Shown: positions 27,729-39,059 of the stretch, piece by piece
Position numbering within the stretch: position 1 is the first letter of the stretch
Layout: each line of letters begins with the position of its first letter
Source: Candidatus Omnitrophota bacterium
GTDB taxonomy: Bacteria > Omnitrophota > Gorgyraeia > 2-01-FULL-45-10
NCBI GenBank assembly: GCA_020057115.1
Contig: JAGVGJ010000027.1
Location: 5,058 to 69,057 of the forward strand
Length of the DNA: 64,000 bases
Direction of reading: 5' to 3'
Notes under the pieces: generated by a model
Database searches by the model: none
What the model saw: the letters and a program-made list of their open reading frames with translations, nothing else
Told to the model about the DNA's origin: nothing
Position numbers and translations under genes: made by a program

Positions 27729-29384
27729 ATGAAGAGCGATAAGATAAAGAAAGGTATTGAGCGGGCAGGGGCAAGGTCTCTTTTATATGCTACAGGCATA
27801 TCAAAAGAGGATATGGCCAAGCCATTTATAGCTATTGTCACCTCCAGAAGCGACATAATCCCGGGCCATATACACATGCCCAGGCTCGAGCGCTTTATTG
27901 AGCGCGGGGTCGCGGCCGGAGGCGGCGTGCCATTTGTTTTCGGCGTTCCCGGCATATGCGACGGCATTGCCATGGGCCATTCCGGGATGAGGCATTCGCT
28001 CCCTTCGCGTGAGCTTATCGCCGATATGATAGAAACTGTGATGAAGGCCCACCAGCTCGATGGCATGGTCTGCCTTACCAATTGCGACAAGATAACGCCC
28101 GGCATGATGATGGCTATAGGAAGATTGAATATTCCGGCCCTGGTCGTGACCGCAGGCCCGATGATGAGCGGGAATCTTAAGGGTAGAAGGCTTTCCCTTG
28201 TCAAAGATACATTTGAGGCTGTCGGACGCTGCAAGAGGGGCGAGATAACCCAGGATGAGCTTGCCGCTCTTGAGATGTGCGCGTGTCCGGGCGCCGGCGC
28301 TTGCCAGGGGCTATATACGGCCAATTCCATGGCTTGTTTTACCGAGGCATTGGGTTTGAGCTTGCCAGGTTGCGCTACGGCGCTGGCTGTTTCTGCCAAA
28401 AAGGACAGGATAGCCCAGGCAACTGGCGAGAAGGTCGTCCAGCTTGTCAGGCGAAATACCCTTCCCAGAACGATACTAAAGAAAGAAGCTTTCATGAACG
28501 GCATCAAGGTCGATATGGCTTTAGGCGGTTCGACTAATACCGTATTACATGTTATTGCCGTTGCAAAAGAGTTCGGCGTCAATATAACACCTGACACTTT
28601 TGACCAGGTGTCTAAAGAGACGCCGCATATTGCTAACATATTGCCCGGTGGCGAGCATTTTATGGAGGATCTAGATTCCGCTGGCGGTATCCCGGCCATC
28701 ATGAAGAGGATGAAACTCCAGCTCAATGATGTCATGACTATGGGTGAGAAGACCGTGAGCCAGATAGCCAATGATGCCCAGATACTAGACGAGAATGTCA
28801 TACGCGATTACAAGAATGCCTACCACAAAGAGGGCGGCATTGCGGTCTTGAGGGGTAATCTGGCTCCGGAGGGCTCTGTCATAAAACAGACAGCGGTTTC
28901 CGACAAAATGATGAAATTCACAGGAAAGGCCTGCGTCTTCGATTCGGAAGAGAAGGCGATGGAAGCGATAATGGGCGGCCATATCAAGAAGGGCGATTGC
29001 GTCGTTATCCGGTACGAAGGGCCGAAAGGCGGTCCCGGGATGCGTGAGATGCTCTCTCCGACGGCTGCCATAGTCGGTATGGGCCTTGCGGATGATGTCG
29101 CGCTTATCACAGACGGCCGTTTCTCGGGCGGGACTCAAGGGCCCTGCATAGGCCATATTTCGCCGGAGGCTGCCGTGGGCGGGCCCATAGCCGCCTTAAA
29201 GGACGGCGATGGCATAGTCATCGATATCCCTGCAAGAAAGCTTGAAGTTATGCTGACCGATGAAGAGATAAAGAAGCGCCTTGCATCATGGAAGGCGCCG
29301 GAGCCGAAAGAGACCGAAGGGTATCTCGCCAGATATGCAAAGATGGTCGGCTCTGCATCAGAAGGAGCAATGTTAAAAGCATGA
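27729..29384 (+). CDS. ilvD: Dihydroxy-acid dehydratase
   Basis: [11 protein letters not shown] and [23 protein letters not shown] motifs. N-terminus [22 protein letters not shown] aagggg precedes the ATG at 27729. Confidence 0.92.
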   Translation: MKSDKIKKGIERAGARSLLYATGISKEDMAKPFIAIVTSRSDIIPGHIHMPRLERFIERGVAAGGGVPFVFGVPGICDGIAMGHSGMRHSLPSRELIADMIETVMKAHQLDGMVCLTNCDKITPGMMMAIGRLNIPALVVTAGPMMSGNLKGRRLSLVKDTFEAVGRCKRGEITQDELAALEMCACPGAGACQGLYTANSMACFTEALGLSLPGCATALAVSAKKDRIAQATGEKVVQLVRRNTLPRTILKKEAFMNGIKVDMALGGSTNTVLHVIAVAKEFGVNITPDTFDQVSKETPHIANILPGGEHFMEDLDSAGGIPAIMKRMKLQLNDVMTMGEKTVSQIANDAQILDENVIRDYKNAYHKEGGIAVLRGNLAPEGSVIKQTAVSDKMMKFTGKACVFDSEEKAMEAIMGGHIKKGDCVVIRYEGPKGGPGMREMLSPTAAIVGMGLADDVALITDGRFSGGTQGPCIGHISPEAAVGGPIAALKDGDGIVIDIPARKLEVMLTDEEIKKRLASWKAPEPKETEGYLARYAKMVGSASEGAMLKA

Positions 29385-31057
29385 AGATGACCGGAGCGAA
29401 GATACTGATAGAATCACTTAAGAAGGAAGGCGTTGAAGTCATATTCGGCTACCCGGGCGGAGTCGTGTTGCCGCTCTTCGATGAGTTGTATGACGTGCCG
29501 ATACGTTTCATACTGGTGCGCCATGAACAGGGGGCTGCTCATGCGGCCGACGGTTACGCGAGAGCGACCGGAAAGGTCGGAGTCTGCCTTGCGACCTCAG
29601 GGCCGGGCGCCACAAATCTCGTTACCGGTATCGCTACTGCTTACATGGATTCAGTCCCTATGGTTGCTATTACGGGCCAGGTAAAGACATTCCTTATCGG
29701 TAATGATGCTTTCCAGGAAGCCGACATAACGGGTATCACAAGGCCGATCACAAAACACAATTATCTCGTCGAGGATATAAAGGACCTGGCGCGCATAGTC
29801 AAAGAGGCATTCCATATAGCCAGGACCGGCAGGCCGGGGCCTGTCCTTATAGACCTGCCTGTCGACATACAGCAGCAGGAGCTGGAGTTCCATTATCCCG
29901 AGAAGGTGGACATGCGCGGCTATAATCCTAACTACGAAGGACATCCGGGACAGATAAAGCGCGCCGCTAAGGCCATCTCTGATTCAAAGAGGCCTGTCAT
30001 ATATGCGGGCGGCGGCGTCATAATATCTGAAGCATCCGGTGAGCTGATCGAGCTTGCCAAGAATAACAATATCCCGGTGACACTGACGCTTCTCGGAATG
30101 GGCGCATTTCCCCAGACAGACAAGCTGGCGCTCGGGATGCTTGGCATGCACGGAACGGCTTATGCCAACCACGCTATCATGGAGTCTGATCTTATCATTG
30201 CGGTCGGCGCAAGGTTCGATGACCGCGTGACCGGCAAGGTCGACGCATTTGCGCCCCATGCCAAGGTCATACATATCGACATAGATCCGACGAGCGTCTC
30301 CAAGTCGGTCGATGTCGATATACCGATAGTCGGCGATGCAAAGCGCATATTAAAAGAGCTGAATGCCAATGTGAAGAAGCCCGATACTGCAGCATGGCTC
30401 GAGCAGATAGAAGGGTGGAAGAAGAAGTTTCCGCTTAAGTATAAGGATGACGATAAGCTGCGCCCCCAATATGTCATCGAACAGATATGGGAGGCTACCA
30501 AGGGCGAGGCGATCATCTGCACGGAGGTTGGACAGAACCAGATGTGGGCTGCCCAGTTCTATAAATATATAAAGCCGCGTTCGATAATATCGTCAGGCGG
30601 GCTGGGCACTATGGGCTATGGATTCCCGGCGGCGATCGGAGCCAAGGTTGGCAAGCCCGATGCGATCGTCTTCGATGTTGCCGGAGACGGTTCTATACAG
30701 ATGAATATCCAAGAGCTTGCTACAGCCGTTTCTAATAAGATACCGGTCAAGATAGCGATACTGAACAACTGCTATCTCGGCATGGTCAGGCAATGGCAGG
30801 AACTATTCTACAAGAAACGCTACTCATATACCTGCCTGAAGGGCTCAAGTCCTGATTTCGTGAAACTGGCCGAGAGCTATGGGGCGGTCGGCATGAGGAT
30901 AACGAAGAAGGCAGATGTCCGCGCCGCATTAGATAAGGCCATAAAGACGGATAATGTTGTCGTGATGGATTTTGTTATAGAAAGAGAAGAGAATGTCTTC
31001 CCGATGGTCCCTGCGGGGCAGGCGATCAACCAGATGATCGAGGGAGGGCTGGCATAA
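29381..31057 (+). CDS. ilvB: Acetolactate synthase large subunit
   Basis: [27 protein letters not shown]…, a ThDP-binding GDG…N motif, and an ATGA overlap with the ilvD stop. Confidence 0.9.
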   Translation: MKMTGAKILIESLKKEGVEVIFGYPGGVVLPLFDELYDVPIRFILVRHEQGAAHAADGYARATGKVGVCLATSGPGATNLVTGIATAYMDSVPMVAITGQVKTFLIGNDAFQEADITGITRPITKHNYLVEDIKDLARIVKEAFHIARTGRPGPVLIDLPVDIQQQELEFHYPEKVDMRGYNPNYEGHPGQIKRAAKAISDSKRPVIYAGGGVIISEASGELIELAKNNNIPVTLTLLGMGAFPQTDKLALGMLGMHGTAYANHAIMESDLIIAVGARFDDRVTGKVDAFAPHAKVIHIDIDPTSVSKSVDVDIPIVGDAKRILKELNANVKKPDTAAWLEQIEGWKKKFPLKYKDDDKLRPQYVIEQIWEATKGEAIICTEVGQNQMWAAQFYKYIKPRSIISSGGLGTMGYGFPAAIGAKVGKPDAIVFDVAGDGSIQMNIQELATAVSNKIPVKIAILNNCYLGMVRQWQELFYKKRYSYTCLKGSSPDFVKLAESYGAVGMRITKKADVRAALDKAIKTDNVVVMDFVIEREENVFPMVPAGQAINQMIEGGLA

Positions 31058-31572
31058 TGAAACATACGATCTCGGTTCTAGTGGAAAACAAATTCGGCGT
31101 CCTGGCGAGGATCTCGGGGCTTTTTAGCGCCCGTGGATATAATATCGATTCGCTCGCTGTCGGGATGACCGAGGATCCTACGGTGTCGAGGATGACCATC
31201 GTTTCAGAAGGGGACGACAAGACGCTCGAACAGATAAAGAAACAGCTGAATAAGCTTATCGACGTCATAAAGGTCGTCGATTTCAAGGAAGGCGAATTTG
31301 TTGACAGGGAGCTGATCCTCCTGAAGGTCGCGGTTTCGTCCAAAACCAGAAAAGAGGTCCTCGAGGCCATAGATTCATGCGGGGCGAAGATAGTGAACGC
31401 AGGATCGAAGACCATATCAGTCGAGGCCGCAGGCGACCAGAATGCGATAAAGTCCCTGATAGAGTTGTTGCGGCCGTTCGGCTTGATGGAGGTCGTCAGG
31501 ACCGGGCGGATAGCGTTGGAAATAGGCGATAAAGCTTTGAGCGGGCAGGGAAAGCCCGAGGCGAACGAGTAG
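31057..31572 (+). CDS. ilvN: Acetolactate synthase small (regulatory) subunit
   Basis: ACT-domain N-terminus [35 protein letters not shown]. The start overlaps the ilvB stop. Confidence 0.9.
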   Translation: MKHTISVLVENKFGVLARISGLFSARGYNIDSLAVGMTEDPTVSRMTIVSEGDDKTLEQIKKQLNKLIDVIKVVDFKEGEFVDRELILLKVAVSSKTRKEVLEAIDSCGAKIVNAGSKTISVEAAGDQNAIKSLIELLRPFGLMEVVRTGRIALEIGDKALSGQGKPEANE

Positions 31573-31597
31573 CTAACAAAGAAAGGGGTAGTAAGAG

Positions 31598-32593
31598 ATG
31601 GCGAAGATCTACTATGACAAGGACGCGGATCTAAATGTGTTGAAGGGTAAGAAGGTCGCAGTCATCGGCTACGGCATACAGGGCCGCAGCCAGAGCTTGA
31701 ACCTGAGGGATTCGGGGATAGATGTGATCGTAAGCGAACTTCCCGGAACGAAGAATTATGAGCAGGCGAAGGCCGATGGTTTCAATCCGGTCTCTGCCGA
31801 AGAGGCCGCGAAAGAGGCCGACATAGTCCAGGTATTGACCGAAGACCATGTGCAGGCAAAGGTTTACAAAGAGAGTATCGCGAAGCACATGACCAAGGGC
31901 AAAGCTCTCGTCTTCTCCCACGGCTTCAATATTCGTTTCAAACAGATAAAGCCCACCAAAAAGATAGACGTATTCATGATAGCCCCGAAAGGGCCCGGCG
32001 CGCTTGTCCGCAGGATGTATGAAGAGGGTAAAGGCGTTCCATGCCTGGTGGCGATATACCAGGACGCTACCGGTAATGCCTTGAAGATCGCGCTTGCTTA
32101 TGCCAAAGCGATAGGCGGGGCGAGGGCAGGAGTTATAGAGACGACATTTGACGAGGAGACAGAAACAGATCTCTTCGGCGAGCAGGCAGTCCTCTGCGGC
32201 GGCGTTTCCGAGCTTATCAAAGCAGGTTTTGACACGCTCGTAAATGCAGGATACCAGCCCGAGATAGCTTATTTTGAAGTGCTCCACGAGCTTAAGCTCA
32301 TCACTGACCTTATACAGGAAAAAGGTATAAGCGGGATGAGGCGGAGCGTATCCAACACAGCGTGCTACGGCGATGTGACCAGAGGCAAGAAGATCATCAC
32401 CGAGCGCACTCGCAAGGCTATGGACAAGATGCTGAAAGAGATCAGGTCCGGTAAATTCGCCAGGGAGTGGATAAAGGAGAATACGGAAGGCCAGAAGAAC
32501 TTCAGGGCTATATTGGCCAAAGAAGACGGCGACAAGATAGAGAAGGTAGGTCAGGACCTGAGAAAGATGATGCCGTGGATGGAAAAGAAATAG
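31598..32593 (+). CDS. ilvC: Ketol-acid reductoisomerase
   Basis: A 331-aa protein: …[22 protein letters not shown]…VLTEDHVQ…, a class I KARI. Confidence 0.92.
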   Translation: MAKIYYDKDADLNVLKGKKVAVIGYGIQGRSQSLNLRDSGIDVIVSELPGTKNYEQAKADGFNPVSAEEAAKEADIVQVLTEDHVQAKVYKESIAKHMTKGKALVFSHGFNIRFKQIKPTKKIDVFMIAPKGPGALVRRMYEEGKGVPCLVAIYQDATGNALKIALAYAKAIGGARAGVIETTFDEETETDLFGEQAVLCGGVSELIKAGFDTLVNAGYQPEIAYFEVLHELKLITDLIQEKGISGMRRSVSNTACYGDVTRGKKIITERTRKAMDKMLKEIRSGKFAREWIKENTEGQKNFRAILAKEDGDKIEKVGQDLRKMMPWMEKK

Positions 32594-32672
32594 GGTCTAG
32601 GGGCCAGGGTCAAGGGTCCAGGAAAGAAATAAAATCTTTCTGGACCCTGGACCCCGGACCCTTGCCCCTGAC
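32594..32672 (+). repeat. Intergenic GC-rich palindromic element R1 (GGGTCTAGGGGCCAGGGTCAAGGGTCCAGG – AT-rich loop – TGGACCCTGGACCCCGGACCC…)
   Basis: An inverted repeat built from GGGTCCAG-like heptads. It starts right after the ilvC stop and ends before the leuA RBS. Confidence 0.8.
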
Positions 32673-32684
32673 AGGCAGAGTGCT

Positions 32685-34196
32685 ATGGACAAGATAATTA
32701 TATTCGACACGACGCTGCGCGATGGAGAGCAGTGCCCCGGCGCGAGCATGAACAATAATGAAAAGCTCGAGATGGCCAGGCAGCTCGCATCTCTTGGCGT
32801 TGACGTGATCGAGGCGGGATTTCCCGTATCGAGCCCCGGGGATTTTGAGGGCGTCAAGAGCGTCGCAAAGAACGTGAAGGGCCCTGCCATATGCGGCCTG
32901 GCAAGATCCATCGCCAAGGATATAGACGCCGCCTATAATGCCGTCAAATATTCAAAGAGGCCCAGGATACACGTATTTTTGGCCACGTCCAAGATCCACA
33001 TGAAGTATAAGCTCAAAAAAGCCGAGGACGAGATACTGAAGCTTGCCGTATCTGCCGTTAAATATGCCAGGAAGAAGTGCGATGATGTCGAATTCTCCCC
33101 GGAAGATGCCTCCAGGACCGAGAGGGGATTCCTCCACAAGGTCGTCGAGAGCGTTATTGCGGCCGGGGCAAGGACAGTGAATATCCCCGATACCGTAGGA
33201 TATTCCACGCCTTATGAGTTCGGCGCTATCATCAAGGGCATAAAAGAAAATGTGCCGGATATAAATAAGTGCGTGATAAGCGTCCATTGCCACAATGACC
33301 TCGGGCTGGGGGTCGCGAACTCTCTTGCGGCAGTGCTGAACGGCGCCCGCCAGGTGGAATGCACCATGAACGGCCTTGGCGAAAGGGCCGGCAATGCTTC
33401 CCTGGAAGAGATCGTTATGGCCATCAAGACCAGGAACGACGTCTTTAAAGGCCTGTATACGAACGTGAATACGCGCGAGATCTATAAGACGAGCCGCCTG
33501 GTCTCTAAGCTGACGGGCATGGTCGTCCAGCCGAACAAGGCGATAGTCGGCGCCAATGCGTTCGCGCATGAATCGGGCATACACCAGGACGGCATATTAA
33601 AAGAGCGCATCACTTACGAGATAATGAAGCCGCAGGACGTCGGCGTGGGAGGCACGCAGCTTGTCCTGGGCAAGCATTCCGGAAGGCACGCCTTTCAGGA
33701 GAGGCTCAAGTCTCTTGGATACACGCTCGACGGCGACCAGCTCGAGACTGCGTTCGACCGTTTTAAGGAACTGGCGGATAAGAAGAAATCCATCTACGAC
33801 GGCGACCTCGAAGCCATCGTGGATGAGGAGATATCGAGGATCCCCGAAGAATTCAGGCTTCTGCACTTCAGGATAACGTCAGGGGATGATATAAAACCAG
33901 CGGCGAATATCAAACTTGGATGCCACAATAAGGTTTTAGAGGCTACATCCAGCGGTGACGGCCCTGTCGATGCCTGTTATAAGGCCATCGACAAGATCAC
34001 CGGGATGGGCGGAAAGCTCCTGGATTACCAGATAAGATCGGTCACCAGCGGCAAGGACGCCATCGGCGAGGTATCTGTCAAGATAGGGACCAAGGGAAGG
34101 GTCGTATCAGGCAGAGGATCCTCGACAGACATCATAGAGGCGAGCATAAAGGCGTATATAAACGCCGTCAACAAGCTCGCATACAAGACAAGGTAA
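32685..34196 (+). CDS. leuA: 2-isopropylmalate synthase (LeuA/CimA family)
   Basis: [12 protein letters not shown]…, HCHNDLGL, and a C-terminal LeuA-dimer regulatory domain. Confidence 0.88.
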   Translation: MDKIIIFDTTLRDGEQCPGASMNNNEKLEMARQLASLGVDVIEAGFPVSSPGDFEGVKSVAKNVKGPAICGLARSIAKDIDAAYNAVKYSKRPRIHVFLATSKIHMKYKLKKAEDEILKLAVSAVKYARKKCDDVEFSPEDASRTERGFLHKVVESVIAAGARTVNIPDTVGYSTPYEFGAIIKGIKENVPDINKCVISVHCHNDLGLGVANSLAAVLNGARQVECTMNGLGERAGNASLEEIVMAIKTRNDVFKGLYTNVNTREIYKTSRLVSKLTGMVVQPNKAIVGANAFAHESGIHQDGILKERITYEIMKPQDVGVGGTQLVLGKHSGRHAFQERLKSLGYTLDGDQLETAFDRFKELADKKKSIYDGDLEAIVDEEISRIPEEFRLLHFRITSGDDIKPAANIKLGCHNKVLEATSSGDGPVDACYKAIDKITGMGGKLLDYQIRSVTSGKDAIGEVSVKIGTKGRVVSGRGSSTDIIEASIKAYINAVNKLAYKTR

Positions 34197-34231
34197 GCCG
34201 ATAGCGTCAAGGTCTCTCTAAAACAATAAGA

Positions 34232-34282
34232 AAAGTCCGCTGACATCCACTCGGGTGGTTTTGTAGGCGGACTTTTTATTAG
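34232..34282 (+). terminator. Rho-independent terminator after leuA (agtccgc…gcggact + TTTTATT, with a nested ccactcgggtgg hairpin)
   Basis: Stem and T-run read directly. Confidence 0.6.
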
Positions 34283-34290
34283 GAAAGAAT

Positions 34291-35133
34291 ATGGCAAAGA
34301 CGATATACGGCATAATAGGTTACCCGGTGAAGCACTCGCTCTCGCCCGCGATGCAGAACGCCGCATTTAAGGCGCTCGGGATCGACGCTGAGTATAAGCT
34401 ATTCGAGGTCGCGCCGGCCGATGTCGGCAGTTTCCTCGATAGCGCCTCCGGGAAAGGCATTTCGGGATTTAATGTGACCGTTCCGCACAAGATAGCGGCA
34501 AAGGAGTATATCGAAAAGCGCGGTTTTCTCGATGAGACCGCCAGGAAGCTCGGCGCCGTAAATACCGTAAATACGGCCGGCGGCTCGTTGAAAGGCTATA
34601 ACACGGACGGTCCGGGATTTTACCGCTCGCTTCAGGAGGACCTTAAATTCGAGCCGGAAGGGAAGAATGTATTCGTACTGGGCTCGGGCGGGGCGGCAAG
34701 GGCGGTCGTCATGTATCTTGGGAATGGGCCTAAGAAGATCTATGTCTTTGACGTGGACGCGAAGAAGGCGGAAGATCTCAAAACGCATTACTGGAAATAT
34801 TACGATGCAGACCGCCTGATGACCGTCTCCAGGTCGGATATGGGGCTTGTGCTATCCCAAAGCCATCTTCTTGTGAATGCCACTCCGGTGGGGATGAAAG
34901 AGGGCGAGGCGATGCCAATCGATAAAGAGTCTCTGCATCTCGGACTTAGAGTCTATGACCTGGTCTACAACAGGCAGACGGAGCTTATAAAGGAAGCATC
35001 CAAAATGAAGCTGCACGCTGTTACCGGCCTTGGGATGCTATTATACCAGGGCGCGATCGCATTCGAGATATGGACGGGACGCAGCGCACCTGTTGATGTC
35101 ATGAGAAAAGCGTTGAAGAGCGCGATAAAGTAA
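34291..35133 (+). CDS. aroE: Shikimate dehydrogenase
   Basis: YGIIGYPVKHSLSPAMQNAAFKALGID…GSGGAARAV. Confidence 0.9.
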   Translation: MAKTIYGIIGYPVKHSLSPAMQNAAFKALGIDAEYKLFEVAPADVGSFLDSASGKGISGFNVTVPHKIAAKEYIEKRGFLDETARKLGAVNTVNTAGGSLKGYNTDGPGFYRSLQEDLKFEPEGKNVFVLGSGGAARAVVMYLGNGPKKIYVFDVDAKKAEDLKTHYWKYYDADRLMTVSRSDMGLVLSQSHLLVNATPVGMKEGEAMPIDKESLHLGLRVYDLVYNRQTELIKEASKMKLHAVTGLGMLLYQGAIAFEIWTGRSAPVDVMRKALKSAIK

Positions 35134-35209
35134 AGGGTCCAGGTCCCAGGCTCCAGGAACCAGAATATTATTTTGCTGGTACCTGGAACCTGGTACCTGG
35201 TACCTAAGG
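35134..35209 (+). repeat. Intergenic palindromic element R2 (GGGTCCAGGTCCCAGGCTCCAGG … CTGGTACCTGGAACCTGGTACCTGGTACC)
   Basis: Same architecture as R1, with a GGTACCAGG variant on the right arm. Confidence 0.75.
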
Positions 35210-35220
35210 ATAGACTGAAT

Positions 35221-35994
35221 ATGGCAATTTTCATTTTCGTGATGGGAGCGATCGTGGGGAGCTTTCTGAATGTCTGTATCTATAGGTTGCAGAGATCCGA
35301 GTCGATAGTTACGCCGGCCTCGAATTGCCCGAATTGCAAAAAGCCGATACCATGGCATGACAATATACCGGTCATAAGCTATCTGTTCCTGACCGGCAAG
35401 TGCAGGTTCTGCGGGAAGATGATATCGCCGCGCTATCTATTGGTAGAGCTCTTGACCGGCGCGCTTTTCCTGACGCTATTCACCGCATTCGGTTTGTCGC
35501 CGAAGTTCTTCGCGTATCTGATGCTCGTATCAGGGCTCATCATAGTGACATTTATAGATTTTGACACGCAGACCATACCTGACCATATAACGTTTACAGG
35601 GATCGCTGCGGGAACAGCGGCTGCGTTGGCGGCGCCTTCCGTAATGGGAGAGGCGTCGAGGGTCTTGGCTTTCTTCAATTCGGCGCTCGGCGCGGTCGTC
35701 GGGGGCGTGATGATATACGCGGTCGCATTGCTGGGTAAGATGGCTTTCAAGAAAGACGCTATGGGGGACGGCGACATATTCTTGCTCGCCATGATAGGCG
35801 CATTCCTCGGGTGGAAGCTGGTGATATTGACTTTCTTCATAGCGCCTATGTTCGGAGCCGTAGTAGGCATAATATTGAAACTGAAGCGCGGAGACGAGAC
35901 GATGCCGTATGGGCCGTACCTGTCTCTCGGCGCGCTTGTGTCGATATTTTTCGGGAACAGGATATTGGAATATTTGTTTTATGGATTAAAATGA
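35221..35994 (+). CDS. pilD: Prepilin (type IV) leader peptidase, A24 family
   Basis: N-terminal Cys box CPNCKKPIPWHDNIPVISYLFLTGKCRFCGK, a catalytic Asp region DGDIFLLAMIGAFLGW, and 6-8 TM helices. The track start at 35173 lies inside R2, so the ATG at 35221 is preferred. Confidence 0.88.
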   Translation: MAIFIFVMGAIVGSFLNVCIYRLQRSESIVTPASNCPNCKKPIPWHDNIPVISYLFLTGKCRFCGKMISPRYLLVELLTGALFLTLFTAFGLSPKFFAYLMLVSGLIIVTFIDFDTQTIPDHITFTGIAAGTAAALAAPSVMGEASRVLAFFNSALGAVVGGVMIYAVALLGKMAFKKDAMGDGDIFLLAMIGAFLGWKLVILTFFIAPMFGAVVGIILKLKRGDETMPYGPYLSLGALVSIFFGNRILEYLFYGLK

Positions 35995-36000
35995 TTAATA

Positions 36001-36068
36001 GGGTCAAGGGGCAGGGGTCCAGGATAAAAACTTACTGGACCCCGGACCCAGGACCCTGGCCCCTTGAC
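36001..36068 (+). repeat. Intergenic palindromic element R3
   Basis: GGGTCAAGGGGCAGGGGTCCAGG – ataaaaacttact – CTGGACCCCGGACCCAGGACCCTGGCCCCTTGAC. The aroC RBS aaggagg follows directly. Confidence 0.8.
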
Positions 36069-36079
36069 AAGGAGGTTTT

Positions 36080-37204
36080 ATGCTTCGATATTTAACAGGC
36101 GGTGAATCTCACGGCAAGTGCATACTGGCCGTAATGGACGGCGTGCCGGCCGGTCTTCACATATACAAATCTTCGATAGATAAGGAGCTTGCAAGGCGGA
36201 TGGTGGGATATGGCCGGGGCAAGCGCATGCAGATCGAGGCCGATAAGGCTGAGGTGCTTTCCGGCGTCCGGAAGAACATCACTATAGGCAGCCCGATCGC
36301 CATGATCGTTGAGAACAAGGACCAGTCGATAGACTCGCTTCCCGTGGTCCTGGATCCACGCCCGGGCCATGCGGACCTGGCAGGGATATTGAAATATGAT
36401 CTTAAGGATGCCAGGAGCGTTCTTGAGCGCGCCAGCGCGAGAGAGACCGTGGGGCGCGTCTGCATAGGGGCAATAGCCAAGATGCTCCTTGCAGAGTTCG
36501 GGATAAGGGTCATGAGCCATGTGATAATGGTCGGAGGCATTGAGGCCAGGACAAAAGGCCTGGGATTCAACCAGATAATAACTCTTGCCGAGAAATCGGA
36601 CCTGAGGTGCGCTGACTACAAAGCGGCGGCCCGCATGAGGGAAGAGATAGACGCTGCCGCTAAAACCGGCGATACTCTGGGCGGTATATTTGAGGTCATA
36701 ATAAAAGGCGCTCCTCCCGGCCTCGGAAGCTATGTCCAGTGGGACAAGAGGCTGGACGCCAACCTGTCCCGGGCCATCATGTCGATACAGGCGGTGAAGG
36801 GTGTCAGCTTCGGAATAGGCTTCAAGCTAGCGGAGCGAAAAGGTTCGATAGTCCACGACGAGATATTATACGACGGGAAGATAGGTTTTTACAGGAAGAC
36901 CAATAATGCCGGAGGCATCGAGGGCGGCATGACCAACGGCGAAGATGTCGTCATGCAGGCCGTGATGAAGCCGATAGCTACATTGAAAAAGCCGCTTGCG
37001 AGCGCAAACATCAAGACCAAGAGGCCTGTTAAAGCCGTCGTGGAGCGCTCGGACGTATGCGCTGTCCCGGCAGCCGGGGTCATAGGCGAGTCTATGGCGG
37101 CCGTTGAGATCGCAGGCGCCATGATCGAGAAATTCGGCGGGGATTCCGTCACCGAGATGGTGAGGAATTATGAGGGGTATTTGAAGCAGGTGAAAGAAAT
37201 ATAG
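36080..37204 (+). CDS. aroC: Chorismate synthase
   Basis: MLRYLTGGESHGKCILAVMDGVPAG… and a conserved C-terminal FMN-binding region. Confidence 0.92.
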   Translation: MLRYLTGGESHGKCILAVMDGVPAGLHIYKSSIDKELARRMVGYGRGKRMQIEADKAEVLSGVRKNITIGSPIAMIVENKDQSIDSLPVVLDPRPGHADLAGILKYDLKDARSVLERASARETVGRVCIGAIAKMLLAEFGIRVMSHVIMVGGIEARTKGLGFNQIITLAEKSDLRCADYKAAARMREEIDAAAKTGDTLGGIFEVIIKGAPPGLGSYVQWDKRLDANLSRAIMSIQAVKGVSFGIGFKLAERKGSIVHDEILYDGKIGFYRKTNNAGGIEGGMTNGEDVVMQAVMKPIATLKKPLASANIKTKRPVKAVVERSDVCAVPAAGVIGESMAAVEIAGAMIEKFGGDSVTEMVRNYEGYLKQVKEI

Positions 37205-37279
37205 TAGGGTCAAGGGGCAGGGGTCCAGGGTCCAGAATAAAAACTTACTGGACCCTGGACCCAGGACCCTGGCCCCTTA
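37205..37279 (+). repeat. Intergenic palindromic element R4 (near-identical to R3)
   Basis: GGGTCAAGGGGCAGGGGTCCAGGGTCCAG – aataaaaacttact – CTGGACCCTGGACCCAGGACCCTGGCCCCTTA. Confidence 0.8.
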
Positions 37280-37285
37280 CGTTTA

Positions 37286-37807
37286 TTGAGGTTTGATTTG
37301 AAGAACATAGTTCTCGTAGGCTTTATGGGTACCGGCAAAACGACGATAGCGACTAAACTGGCGCTGCGGCTTGGGATGCGCTATGTCTCGACCGACAACC
37401 TTATTGAGGCAAAGGAGAAGCGCACAATAAACGAGATATTCACAAATAGCGGTGAAGATTATTTCAGGGACGTGGAATCATCGGTTGCGCGCGAAGTTTC
37501 CGCGATGGAGAATCTCGTTATAGATTGCGGCGGAGGGGTCGTTTTGCGCGAAGAGAACATGGCGAACCTGAAGTCAGGCGGCATCGTGGTATGCCTTACC
37601 GCAAAACCTGAAGTCATAATGGAGCGGACGAAGAAGTATAAACACAGGCCGTTATTGAACGTCGAGGATCCGAAGCGCAAGATACTGGACCTTTTGAACA
37701 AGCGCGCGCCTTTCTATGCGAAGGCAGATCATATAGTAGATACCGGAGATCTTACCGTCAGGCAAGTCGTAGACAAGATAGCCATGATCGCCGAAGGCCG
37801 TAAATAG
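37286..37807 (+). CDS. aroK: Shikimate kinase
   Basis: P-loop LVGFMGTGKTTIATKLALRLG. Length 173 aa. TTG start. Confidence 0.88.
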   Translation: MRFDLKNIVLVGFMGTGKTTIATKLALRLGMRYVSTDNLIEAKEKRTINEIFTNSGEDYFRDVESSVAREVSAMENLVIDCGGGVVLREENMANLKSGGIVVCLTAKPEVIMERTKKYKHRPLLNVEDPKRKILDLLNKRAPFYAKADHIVDTGDLTVRQVVDKIAMIAEGRK

Positions 37808-37822
37808 AGGAGCAGGAATACG

Positions 37823-38158
37823 ATGACTCGCAAGACAAGATTATGGATAGGCGTTACTCTTTTAATAGTTCTCGGGTTCAACTATGCGCTCATCGGATTT
37901 CCTCTTTACAAGAAATCCGAATCGATCAGCGATGCCGCTAAGGCCATATATACAAAGCAGGTAAAGGCGAACAAGGTCTTCAAGGGTTCCAGGGATGAAT
38001 ACCTCCTCGAGGTATTCAGGCGAGAGAAGAAAGCTATCGAGAGCGGGCTTTTGGTGCTCAACTGCGTTTCCGTAAGCGCATTTGTGATCATCATAAGCTG
38101 GATCGGATTCGGGCTTATCGGCCGAAAGGATGATTTCCAGAGTTATGGCAATCCGTAA
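37823..38158 (+). CDS. Small hypothetical membrane protein (2 TM helices)
   Basis: A 111-aa ORF that overlaps the dprA start by 29 nt. No motif. Confidence 0.4.
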   Translation: MTRKTRLWIGVTLLIVLGFNYALIGFPLYKKSESISDAAKAIYTKQVKANKVFKGSRDEYLLEVFRREKKAIESGLLVLNCVSVSAFVIIISWIGFGLIGRKDDFQSYGNP

Positions 38159-39059
38159 ATTGGCGTTCAGCGACGCGGGTTATCCCAAGAACCTGCGCAA
38201 TATTCACAAGCCGCCGAAGCAGCTTTTCGTGAACGGGACTCTGTTGGCGCAGGATGAGATGGCGGTGGCTATCGTAGGCTCCCGCCGGGCTACGCACTAC
38301 GGCCTGGAGGTAGCTGAGAGGCTTGGATGCGAGCTTGCCGCAAGAGGCGTCACGGTCGTAAGCGGTATGGCCCGCGGCATAGATTCAGCCGCCCACAGGG
38401 GCGCGCTCCGGGCTAAGGGGAGGACCATAGCCGTGATGGGCAGCGGCCACGGCAATATCTATCCTCCGGAGAACAAGAAGCTGTATGACGAAATCGTGAA
38501 GTCGGGGGCCGTTGTGACAGAGTTCGAGGATGACATGGAGCCAATGCCCTATAACTTTCCGCAGCGCAACAGGATAATAAGCGGGCTTTCGCTCGGGCTC
38601 GTAGTGGTGGAGGCGGCGAAGAATTCAGGCGCTCTCATAACGGCGGATCTTGCGCTCGAGCAGGGGCGCGAGATATTCGCGGTGCCGGGCAAGATATCAT
38701 CGGCTACGAGCTCCGGGACGCACGAGTTGATAAAGGACGGCGCCAAACTCATCCAGTCTGCCGACGACATAATAGAGGACCTTAAGACATTTGAGATAGC
38801 GCCGCTGGAGGGCGAGGCGAAAGAGGCCAAGACCGAGGCCATAGCGGCGAAAACCAAGGCGTATATTTATAACTCGCTCACCGACGATGAGAGAGCGATA
38901 TACAAGACGCTGTCGGACGAGCCTGTTCATATAGACGAGATATTCGAGAGGGCCCGGCTCAGCGCGAGCCGGGGTTTGAAGATACTCCTCGATCTGGAGC
39001 TTAAGCGCCTGGTAAAGGAGTTGCCGGGCAAGCAGTACGTGAGAAAGGACGATAGATGA
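38130..39059 (+). CDS. dprA: DNA processing protein A (DprA/Smf)
   Basis: Rossmann-like core VAIVGSRRATHYGLEVAERLGCELAARGVTVVSGMARGIDSAAHRGAL…, plus a C-terminal wHTH. Confidence 0.88.
   Translation: MISRVMAIRKLAFSDAGYPKNLRNIHKPPKQLFVNGTLLAQDEMAVAIVGSRRATHYGLEVAERLGCELAARGVTVVSGMARGIDSAAHRGALRAKGRTIAVMGSGHGNIYPPENKKLYDEIVKSGAVVTEFEDDMEPMPYNFPQRNRIISGLSLGLVVVEAAKNSGALITADLALEQGREIFAVPGKISSATSSGTHELIKDGAKLIQSADDIIEDLKTFEIAPLEGEAKEAKTEAIAAKTKAYIYNSLTDDERAIYKTLSDEPVHIDEIFERARLSASRGLKILLDLELKRLVKELPGKQYVRKDDR

Noticed and set aside
27704-28801. A 365-aa minus-strand ORF
   Set aside because: It is exactly antisense to ilvD, whose identity is unambiguous. The composition is hydrophobic and low-complexity.
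31631-32287. A 218-aa minus-strand ORF
   Set aside because: Antisense to ilvC. No motifs.
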